A DNA stretch of 64,000 nt from Antedon mediterranea. Its lineage: Eukaryota > Animalia > Echinodermata. Under the pieces are notes generated by a model. The model was not told the origin of the DNA. It searched no databases and worked only from the letters and a program-made list of their open reading frames with translations. The stretch is taken from assembly GCF_964355755.1 (NCBI RefSeq), contig NC_092672.1, positions 21,527,237 through 21,591,236 of the forward strand, in the 5' to 3' direction. This document shows, piece after piece, positions 39,488 through 50,750 of the stretch. Every line of letters starts with the position of its first letter. The first letter of the stretch is position 1. The translations under genes and the position numbers were made by a program.

Positions 39488-39825
39488 GGGCTTAGAGTGA
39501 TCAGAAGGGTTTAATTAGGATATCTGGCTATGTTGACAGCCTCTAACATTCCACTCCCCCTAACTCATTTTTTTCACATTTTTTGCCTAGACTATTAAGT
39601 TACAAAGTTCAAAAGGATGAACTAAATCACCTAATAAAAACCTTAAAAGAGGCTACGAGGATGCTTGTTTTTATTGTCATTGAATAAATGTTATTGAATT
39701 GAAATTAAATTGAATTGAATTCACAGCCTACAGATATAATAATATACAAATAATGAATGTTTATGAGTGTAATGGTACAAATAATGGCACGAGGTCAATG
39801 ATGAAAGGTTATATATCAGCGAGGC

Positions 39826-40005
39826 GACAGCGCAAAGTTGTGTCTTGATCTAACCGGGTACCCATTTTATACACCTGGGTGGAGAGAGGCAAACGTAAGT
39901 AAAGTACCTTGCCTATTAGATACAAGCAATGCGGCGAGAGTTGGATTCGAACCTCGATCTCATGATCAGTAGTCGAATGTCCAACACACTGCGCCACACG
40001 CCCTC
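39826..40005 (-). mobile_element. tRNA-derived SINE with a CORE-like central domain
   Basis: Minus strand reads GAGGGCGTGTGGCGCAGTG (A box) ... GGTTCGAATCC (B box) ... GGCAAGGTACTTTAC ... GCCTCTCTCCACCCAGGTGTATAAAATGGGTACC. Absent from the paralog at ~2780. Confidence 0.8.
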
Positions 40006-41289
40006 ACGAGGTATTATATAATATACAATAATAACAAAATATGATATTTTAATTAAGTTAAAAATGAAAAACTACAATGTGTATTCCCTTTGCGTACTGT
40101 ACACCCATTTTTTATTGTTGCAAAGTTTCAAAATGACGCAATGAACTTTACTGCGTCCATTGGATTGAATGTTAAATCGACCAAATATAAGTCCTGATAA
40201 TGAACAGAACAGAGTATGCTCAGTATATTGAATAGAACAGAGTCTGCTCAGTATAATGAACAGAACAGAGTATGCTCAGTGTATGTGCATAGGCATGCGC
40301 AGATTAATATTTTGTGTAGATTACCATATCCTTTCATCTACCGTCCACCTTCGTCTACCGTCCTGTCATAAAGTCGCTAGTAGGTTTTATTGTAAATTCA
40401 GTGATTTCAAATTTTAACAGCACACCACATGCAACAGCTATACTAAATAGTAGTACTAATTATTGTCAGTATTTTCATTTCTATTGTAAATAAATAGTCA
40501 ACAGATACCTCTTAGAATCAGGCTTCTGAGTCATGTCAGGCATACATTCTACTCATTCACTCTTTATCAAAATTTGGGATTTTTAAAATGCCTTTCTTAA
40601 TTTCCATCATATATATTCATTTATGACTGACAATTTTATTCTTATAGTTTCATTCTACTGTAAAACAATAATAGTCTCTTTGTCATTACATTACATTCAG
40701 CCTCTTACATTAACATTCAAATTAATTCAGAATAAATACATTTGGATGATGAAGCCTAAAAAAATACAGAATAACTAAAATACAAATATATTTTGATTTT
40801 CATTATACATTACTTATTATACTCCATTTTATAGGTATAAAACATAAAGTGCTATAGTTTAGTCAAACAGAAATAAAACTTTGTTTAATTTGGTTGCCAG
40901 CGCAATGTAGTCGCTACGCAAGTGAGTTGACCAATAACAAGCAACAGTTCGTATAATCCATCACATCGTGATTGGTCAATTTGCTTGATTTAATTTACAC
41001 AAAAATTTGATAGACTACAGACAAATGGACAGACTAAATGTTGGGACAAACAAACTTATACATGCAATAATTACTCAGTAATCACCTCTGTAGTCCCATG
41101 GGTACTTTTTTACATAGTTATTGATTTACAGTGCCTTAAAATATTCTTTAAATAATAATTGTGTAAATGAATTTGACCAGGACCTTACCATGCCAATCCA
41201 TATCAATACTTTGAGTTACAATTGTAGATAATATATTGATATTCATTTGTAGCTACAAGGCTTCATTATCTTAAGATTATTAGAGTATG

Positions 41290-41760
41290 CGTAACAGCAG
41301 TATGATCATACACACTGTTTATATTTTGTTTGGTGTAACGAGTACAGGGGTAGGCCTATAGCTACAGCAGTAGGTCATACTCACTGTTTATATTGTGTGT
41401 GGTGTAGTAGGTACAGGGGTAGGCCTATACAGCAGTATGATCATAATCACTGTTTATATTGTGTGGTGTAGTACGTACCGGAGTAGCCTATAGCTACTGT
41501 CAGCAGTAGGTCATAATCACTGTTTATATTTTATGTGGTGTAGTAGGTACAGGGGTAGTCCTATACTAGCTACAGCAGTATGATCATAATCACTGTTTAT
41601 ATTGTGTGGTGTAGTAGGTACAGGGGTAGGCTTATAGCTACAGCAGTATGGTCATAATCACTTATAGGGTTGGAAATCATTCAAATATACACACTGTTTA
41701 TATTTTGTGGTGCAGTGGGTACAGTAGTATGGCTGCATCAGTGTGATCATACTCACGTAG
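41290..41760 (+). repeat. ~65-70-bp minisatellite, paralog of 5530-5835 with more units
   Basis: Repeated cactgtttatatt..gtggtgtagtaggtacaggggtag. Confidence 0.9.
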
Positions 41761-41897
41761 GGCTGGAAATTAAAAGTATGGTAGTATATGTGACCTGCTT
41801 TTAGTCTAGTTGACAAAGTTATTGAACTTGATTCTTCAGTATGTAAACATTTAAATATTTGAATTAATACTAAAGATTTCTTAAAACAATAATTGCA

Positions 41898-42506
41898 TTG
41901 CTCCGATACTATCAAGCAGTGATACGACCAGTTCTCGAATATGCCTGTGCTGTTTGGTCCCCGAGTTTATCCAAAGCACAATCTGACCAAATCGAACATG
42001 TCCAAAGAAGAGCGTGTAACATAATATACCCCGATGGTACCTCGTATGCTGATACCCGCAGATACCTTAACATCATCACTCTATCTGAACGCCGCGAGAA
42101 GTTGTCAAGAAAATTCTTTGATAAAATGAAAAAAGAAGATCATATATTATACTCTCTCTTACCTAAACCTCCCACACACAACCATCAGCTCCGACGCGTA
42201 GATCGTTCACCCTCTCCAAAGTCCGGACACAACTCACAAAAAACTTTCCACGGAGTTTTCAATGATTGGTGAATGATCATAAACTGAGTTATGATAAGCA
42301 AATTGTGAACCCCTTTTGGTTTGTGTTACTGGATGTACTATGATGGCCATTGAAAGACTGATTTGTGGACTATGATATATTTTAGTATTACTTGTTTGGA
42401 CTGTGTTATACTATGTTTTTTTTATATATATTTACTATTATATTTATGTCAACTTCATCACTGTTTACTTGATGCAATAAAGGAAATAAATAATAATAAT
42501 AATAAT
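41898..42506 (+). mobile_element. 5'-truncated CR1/L2-group LINE 3' end with TSD
   Basis: YYQAVIRPVLEYACAVW...IEHVQRRA, AATAAA plus (AAT)n tail, and a 10-bp TSD aataattgca (41888-41897/42507-42516). Confidence 0.9.
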
Positions 42507-42779
42507 AATAATTGCAAATGAAAAGATGCTGATTTTTCTAAATGTCAGGCCTTCTATCTGATGGTTTGTATCCTAATATAATTGTTTGGCGATTTTTTCA
42601 ATTTCATTTTATAACTTGATACAACTAATTTCAACATTTGCTCTTCTAGTACTCCTTTTTAATTTTATCTGAATTGTTCACATTCCTCAAATATGTATCA
42701 TGGATGTTCAAAGGAGACTTTAATACCATATAACCATAACATCTTTATTATAGGCCTAATAGAGAGTTTGTTTACATTT

Positions 42780-43096
42780 AATTATCGTAGGAGGAGATAG
42801 GAAAATGCGAAGTGTCCTCATATTATTGTCTGCGGGTATTTTTCAAATTGGACATCCATTAGACAGTGTATACCACGATCGGAAAACACCCCTATTTGGG
42901 GCAAATCGTTGAACCTAAATTCGTTTTAATCGTCAATAACTAATTATCGAATTCAATTTAATTAGTAAACAGGGTTACATCAGGTGGTTAAAATCAGTAC
43001 CGAAAGTACGAACCAACTTTACATACCATCGAGTAAACATTCTAGAAATAACGCGCGATTTACCGAATTTTGCCCTTACGTAAATTTATATATAGA
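42780..43096 (-). mobile_element. Helitron-like 5' end fragment (same family as 1740-2060)
   Basis: A|TCTATATATAAATTTACGTAAGGGC on the minus strand, with high identity to 1740-2060. Confidence 0.55.
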
Positions 43097-46011
43097 TATC
43101 AGGTGCTTAATTAATATTTTGATTAATTTTCAACATTTGTCCAATTGTCCAATTGAAATGCGTTGTTTTGTCAAATAAGTTGACTCCAGTATGTTTCCTT
43201 GTACTAATAGGCCTATTGTTAAATAATATTTATTTATTTTACTTACTCGGGAAGCACCTTCATTCAAGAAGTGTGCCACTGTTTCTAAAGTGTAGCTTCC
43301 AAATAAATTATTATATTATATGTAAAAAAAGTGGAGTAAAGTTACTTTAGGTAACTAATTAATTATAAAGGCATTCATTTTAAATGTGTTATAATTATAG
43401 CTAATTCTTTATCTTGTTATTTACTTTATTAATATTAAAAATAAACTTCCAACAGCAAGGAGTTATTTAATTACTAATTATGTGTACACATTCAGAATAC
43501 CATAGATATATTTAATAGTGAAAATACCTCTATGAGAATCCCTACCAACTAGCCCCAACATGCATTTGAGCAGTGGGGTGTGTGTAATAATTAGAATAGC
43601 CACAAGGATATCTCAGAAAAATTTTACTTTTTAACTACTGGACAGATTTTTTTGAAAAAAAATCTAATAATTCTTAAAATAATGCAAGACTATAGCAATC
43701 ATGCTTAATAACGAAAAAGTTATTGTGAATATTACTGAAATTGTGTTCAGGCAGAATGAGTTTATATCACACTTCCTGTTCACCAAGATAAATTAAACAG
43801 ATAAGATTGTAATCCTTTTTTTTCCACTTTAACTGGTGACTCTACTTGTAATGATTGTTTATTCTTACTATAGGCGCGCCTATGCCTGAACCTATTACGG
43901 TTATGGTATGCACTAAATATGTCCATCATTATGGGATTAAATATTATCCTTATTTAGGCTATTTATTAAATAATAATATATTACGAACTGAGGCATACTA
44001 TTATAGTAGGCCTATGTGTAGCCACAAATCGTTAAACGATATATAATTTAGTCCTACAATTTCACTGAACTCTAAGTATGTGATCGTAAAAATCATAAAT
44101 AATTTAATTATACAATATCAGACTAAAATAGAAGAATTTTAGTTTTGCTAAACGGTCATAATATAGACTGAAACATAAATTAAATGTCATATACAGTAAT
44201 AAAAATAAGAAATTGTGTCGTTGGAATTCTAATATACGTATATTTTTGAATATTCATGAGAACAAATTATATAATTTTTTTCATGCGCGCACTAAAATAT
44301 GATTTTAAAATAAGTTGGAGTATTTAATATGCTACAAAATGCACTAGGGTTATTAAATTAAAAAGTTGCTTAAACGGTAAAATTTCGATTTACCAAATGA
44401 TACGTCTATGGCTTGATAAAAAATATGATTAATTTGTGAGCTGGTATAAAAACTGCGATATCTCCGTGAAAATTTACTCGATTTTTAAACGTTTTTTTCG
44501 AGGAAAAAGCTCAAAGAACAATGAACAACTGCACAAAGGTCATGCTTCACTATGATGTATTAGAAACTACTGCGCAGCCTCTGTTTACTTTTACTGAAAA
44601 AATGGTTTACAAATTGATAACTGTATTTCAAATGAAGACTATGTTATTGTTACATGCAAAAAAGCACTGAATTCAAGACTGACATTTTTGTACAGGCAGA
44701 CTAACTTCTTAGACATGCAAAGTAGACACTTTTATGCTCTGCAATAATTCAATGTGTTTTCGACTACTGTATGCTACATCAGTCTGGTATTCTGGTTTAA
44801 CTTCACTCCTCAAAATAAACTGTAACCCTAAATAAAATTGCACAGTTTTTTCTTATCACCCACTAACAATCTACCACTAATGAAACAATTAACAGTAGAA
44901 AATGTTGAGTTATTTTGGAAATATTCTGGATTTTTTTTTTCTAATTTGTTGAACTTCAGTTTTAATGTATGTTTGTCAATTCTCTATGTTTTTCTTCTCT
45001 GAGACAAATATGGTACTACATTTTTCGCATGTACGCGCTCATGAACTTTTGTCTGTCCCACTTAATAAAGTTGAATTGTCAAGTTTGTTGAATTTAGCCT
45101 GGTTAATGTCTGTCCGTTCATTTGTTAATTTAATATTTGTACAAATGTAGGACATACAGTATAGCATCTTTACTTTTTATAGGGTCTATTGAACCTAGTT
45201 TGACTGTCTGTCCATCTTTCTGTTCTCAATTTTAACCTTTGGACTTAGGGTATTTAATATAAAAATGCCACCTTCGGTTTTTGCGAGTGGGAGACGTGGA
45301 AATGACAATTCACAACGAGAGTATCTCCCCAATCCCCTATTAGAACAAAGTAAATTCTCTTATCTAATTATAATTTGAGTAGAATATAAAAAATGATGAA
45401 ATATAATGAAACACCTAACTTTTTCTTCAAATATGTTTGATACAGAGATGCTGTACTGTAAGTTGCTAACTTTTTTTATGCAATTGTTGTGTATTAAAAT
45501 TGATTAGGGAAAAAAGAAATCACAAAACCATTTAATCTTTTGTAATTTATTGTAAAGAACATTGTTTTTATTTCATTTTCAAAAATAGTAGTATACACAT
45601 ACATATAAATAGAATTCAGTACCGTAATACTTAAAAACATAGGCCTACAATGTTTCAAGCAGTTAAGGTAAGGGGAATCATTGGACAGTATTAAACAGTT
45701 AACATTTAAAAAAAAAAATTAAATTTATTGTATTTCGGTTCATCACTGCTAGCTGCCAAGATATGTTTTTCTTGGTTCTGTGAGATTTTGTTTAGTACAT
45801 GCTGTTGTATCTCTACACTTTTCCAAACTCCTTTATTGCTTTATTAATCCTTCTAGCTTCATTAGGTGATCATTTAGAATAAAATGATCACCTATTGTTA
45901 TTGTATGAAATCTTTATTATTATTATTATTATTTTTTTTTTTTGGTTATCCGCAACGAAGTTGCAGGATAACCTCTTGTGATTGTACGAAATCATCAACA
46001 TCAACTTTTTA

Positions 46012-49000
46012 TTGGTTATCCGCAACGAAGTTGCAGGATAACCTCTTGTGATTGTACGAAATCATCATCATTGGTTATCCGCAACGAAGTTGCAGGATAA
46101 CCTCTTGTGATTGTACGAAATCATTCTGTATGATTTTTGTGTAACGCTTTTCTCTAAAACTCGCAAACATAACATTTCGGTAACTATCTTAACATATTGA
46201 CATTTACGTAACGTCGTCAAGCAAAGCTTTTCATGACGTTTACAATTGCGCAACGTGACTTACGCACAATTTAACGATTTTGTCGTATTTAACATAGCTC
46301 GACAACCAAATAACATTTCAACTTGAAACTTTGCAAAAGTTTAATTTATATCATGCGCTAACTTTCTGTTGAAAAAAAATTGGGTGTTTTACACAAAGTT
46401 ACGCGCGCACGCGCATTTAAGATTTTAAAATGCTCAAAATTAATTTATAATCAACTTTCTACGCGTTTCATGTTGTTTTAAGCATGTCAAAAAATTCCCA
46501 CGCGTGCGCACATTTTTACGTGTGCGGTGCGCACGTAGCATTGAAAACGTACTTTTTTTGCGTGATTTATATTTTTCCAGCCTTTTCTAGTAATTTTACT
46601 AAATTTTAAACAATTTCGACTTAAAGATACGTCATACGAGCACGTCGAATTGGACAATTTGCGCGCGTTTTTTATGAAAAGGTTAAAAAATTTGTTTAAA
46701 ATATGCCTTTTTTTAAACAGTCGTAATTCCTAAACTAGACTGTCAACTTTTTGTGGATGGCATATTCTGGAAGTAGATGAGTTGTAGATATCGGATCAGG
46801 TATTAATATGGCTAACCGGACATTGTGACGTCATCGTATGGCCACGCGAATATAAAATTTAGGATTTTTGTATCTTTCGTCATAGCTCATCACATTGAAT
46901 AGAGCGCATCTCCACTTATCCGTTTTCCATTTTCACCCCGATTTTGATTTTGTCTAGGTCAATCAAGTATCTTTCGCATGAGTTAAAAATATTTTAATTT
47001 TGTTGACGTCATCATGCCTAAAAATTTAAATCACGTGTGGCATTAATTTCATCTTTGCAGTAAATTTTAATCTGTTATAGCTCGTAAAAATAAAATGTGA
47101 TAATCACGATTAAAACTTTTTCTGGAAGCTATTGGATTGTAGATACGAAAGTATGTAAAAATGTTGCCAATCGGATGTTGTGACGTCATCATATGGCCAG
47201 TTAAATAAAAAAGGTCGTATTTTCATCTTTTGCGTCATAATTCATTACATTTAAAAGAGCGCGCATCAATATTTCACGTATTCAAATTTTTCCTACACGC
47301 TAATACGTTGTTGCTGAGATAATTTCCTTTCGGAATTGCTACCTTCGCGTTTCATTTTAAAACCGTCAACATGTTAAAAATTGCAATAAATAGCGAGTCC
47401 CGTAATTTCACCTATTCTACACTGTATGTGATATGGATACAGATTATACTGTGTATACTATATATGAATTTAAATAATAAAATTCAGCAATAACAACATA
47501 TCATATTCTTCAGTTCAGGTCATAATGCCAACGTGAACACTTCCTTTTGTCCTCAACCTATCCCCTTAATGTTAATGTTGCACCACTTGCGCGGCGGATA
47601 ACCAAACTCGTCAAAGTGACGAGTTACATGTCTAGTCTTTTTTGTCATCTTCTTTCTTTCTGTATGATTTTTGTGTAACGCTTTTCTCTAAAACTTGCAA
47701 ACATAACATTTTGTTAACTATGTTAACATTTTGGCATTTATGTAACGTCGTCAAGCGAAGCTTTTCATGATGTTTACAATTGCGCAACGCGACGTACGCG
47801 CGATTTATCGATTTTTTCGTATTTAACATATGTCGAAAACCAAATAACATTTTAAAGTGAAACTTTGCAAAAGTTTAATTTATATCATGCGCTAACTGTC
47901 TGTTGAAAAAAAATGCGTGTTTTACACAAAGTTACGCGCACACGCGCATTTAAAATTTCAAAATGCGCAAAATTTATTTCTAATCAACTTTCTACGCGTT
48001 TCATGTCGTTTTAAGCATGTCAAAAATTCCCACGCGTGCGCAAATTTTTACGTGTGCGGTGCGCACGTAGCATTAAAAACAATTTTTTTCCGCGTGATTT
48101 ATGTTTTTCCAGCCTTTTCTAATAATTTTACCAACTTTTAAACAATTTCGACTTAAAGTAACGTCATACGAGCACGTCGAATTGGCCAATTTGCGCGTGT
48201 TTTTGATGAAAAAGTTAAAAAAATCGTCAAAATTATGCCTTTTTTTAAACAGTCGTAATTTCTAAACTGCACGGTCAACTTTTTGTGGATGACATTTTCT
48301 GGAAGTTGATGAGTTGTAGATATCGGATCAAGTATTAATATGGCTAACCGGACATTGTGGCGTCATCGTGTGGCCACGCGAATATAAAATTTAGGATTTT
48401 TGTATCTTTCGTCATAGCTCATCACATTTAATAGAGCGCATCTCCACTTATCCAATATCCATTTTCACCCCGATTTTGATATTGTCTAGGTCAATCAACT
48501 ATCTTTCGCATGAGTTAAAAATATTTTAATTTTTTTGACGTCATCATGCCTAAAAATTAAAATCACGTGTGGCATCAATTTCATCTTTACAGTAAATTTT
48601 AATATGTTATAGCTCGAACGAATAAAATGTGATAATCACGATTAAAACTTTTTCTGGAAGCTATTGGATTTTAGATACGAAATTATGTAAAAATGTTGCC
48701 TATCGGATGTTGTGACGTCATTATATGGCCAGTTTAATAAAAAAGGTCGTATTTTCATCTTTTGCGTAATAATTCATTACATTTAAAAGAGCGCGCATCA
48801 ATATTTCACGTATTCAAATTTCTTCTACACGCTAATACGTTGTTGCTGAGATAATTTCCTTTCGGAATTGCTACCTTCGCGTTTCATTTTAAAACCGTCA
48901 ACATGTTAAAAATTGCAATAAATAGCGGGTCCCGTAATTTCACCTATTCTACACTGTATGTGATATGGATACAGATTATACTGTGTATACTATATATGAC

Positions 49001-49167
49001 TTTAAATAATAAAATTCAGCAATAACAACATATCATATTCTTCAGTTCAGGTCATAATGCCAACGTGAACACTTCCTTTTGTCCTCAACCTATCCCCTTA
49101 ATGTTAATGTTGCACCACTTGCGCGGCGGATAACCAAACTCGTCAAAGTGACGAGTTACATGTCTAG
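46012..49167 (+). mobile_element. Nested HINE-like element (subfamily B, level 2)
   Basis: Head at 46012. Headless body 47636-49167 ends GCGGATAACCAA...CTAG. Confidence 0.8.
46071..47635 (+). mobile_element. Innermost intact HINE-like element (subfamily B)
   Basis: Contiguous head (GGTTATCCGCaacgaagttGCAGGATAACC), 1.5-kb body, subTIR, AACTCGTCAaagTGACGAGTT hairpin and CTAG. Confidence 0.88.
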
Positions 49168-50750
49168 TTAGTTATCCGCTCATGGCGGATAACTCCTTGT
49201 AACTGTCCTGTTTCATCATCTTTTTTTTTCTGTATTCTTCTTTCTTTCTGTCATTTTTGTGCAGAGCGTATCTCTAAAACCTGTAAAGTTAACATTTCAT
49301 AACTTTGTCAATATATGGGCATTCACGTGAAGTTGTGCTTTCCTATTTTTGAATGATGTCAGAGTTGCGCAACATGACTTATGCGCGTTTTTATGAATTT
49401 CGCGTATTTAACATAGATCGAAAACCATAAAACAATTTAAATTGAAACTTAGCAAAAGTATAATTTTTATCTTGCGCTAACTGTCTGTGGAAAAAAAATG
49501 GCATGTTTCACAGAAAGTTACGCGCGCACGCACGTTTAAAATTTGAAAATGCGAAAATTCAATTTCTAATCAACTTTCTACGCGTTTCATGTCATTTTAA
49601 GCATGTCAAAAATTCCCAGGCGCGCGCAATTTTTTTACGTACGCGTGCGCACGTAGCGCAAAAACACTTTTTTTTCGCGTGATTTATGTTTTTCCAGCCT
49701 TTCCTAGTAATTTTACAAACTTTTAAACAATTTCGACTTAAAATCACGTCATACGGGCACGTAGAATTGGATAATTTTCGCGAGTTTTTGATGAAAAAGT
49801 AAAAAAATTCGTCAAAATTTGTCAAAATTATGCCTTTTTTTAAACAGTCGTAATTTCTAAACTGAACGGTCAATTTTTTGTGGATGACATATTCTTGAAG
49901 TTGATGAGTTATAGATATCGGATCATGTATTAATATGGCTAACCGGACATTGTGACGTCATCGTATGGCCACGCGAATATAAAATTTAGGATTTTTGTAT
50001 CTTTCGTCGTAGCCCATCACATTTAATAGAGCGCATCTCTACTTATCCGTTTTCCATTTTCACCCCGATTTTGATATTGTCTAGATCAATCAACTATCTT
50101 TCGCATGACTTAAAAATATTTTAATTTTTATTACGTCATCATGTCTAAAAATGTTAATAACGTGGGTCAATTATTTTCATCTTTACAGTAAATTTCAATC
50201 TGTTATAGCTCGTCAGAATAAAACGTGATAATCATGATTAAAACGTTTTCTGGAAGCTATTGGATTGTAGATACGAATTTATGTAAACATTTTGCCAATC
50301 GGATGTTGTGACGTCATCATATGACCAGTTAAATAAAAAAAGTCGTATTTTCATCTTTTGCGTCATAATTCATCACATTTAAAAGGGCACGCATCAATAT
50401 TTTACGTATTTAAATTTCTTCTACACATTAATATGTTGTTGCCGAGATAATTTCCTTCCGAAATTGCTATCTTAGTGTTTCATTTTGATACCGTCGCTAT
50501 GTTAAAAATTGGAATAAATGGCGGGTCCAGTCATTTCACCTATTCTACCCTGTATGTAATATGTATACAGATTATATTGTATAATAATGACACAAAATAA
50601 CAGAATTCAGCAATAACAACATATCATATTCTTCAGTTCAGGTCATATTGCCATAATCTTTTTCTGTGTGCAATATTCTAACGTATGACGTCTACGTGGC
50701 CTTTGTCGTGCGGATAACTAACTCGTCAAAGTGACGAGTTACATGTCTAG
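49168..50750 (+). mobile_element. Intact HINE-like element (subfamily C), nested
   Basis: Head TTAGTTATCCGCtcatgGCGGATAACT and tail GCGGATAACTAA + hairpin + CTAG. Confidence 0.88.

Larger units (their letters stand above)
37278..39594. mobile_element. Foldback DNA transposon with long TIRs containing 160-bp tandem repeats (Academ-like)
   Basis: TTA|TAGTCTAGG ... CCTAGACTA|TTA. The empty site gtgccttaagt at ~2574 supports a 3-bp TSD. The arms are near-perfect inverted copies (~37319-38130 vs ~38850-39565). Confidence 0.85.

Noticed and set aside
39935-40005. tRNA gene on the minus strand
   Set aside because: It continues into a SINE core domain and is absent from the paralogous block.
45942-46125. 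Three ~53-bp palindromic direct repeats resembling a CRISPR array
   Set aside because: Spacers are only 6-17 nt of low complexity, there are no cas genes, the context is eukaryotic, and the repeats match the subTIRs of downstream tails.
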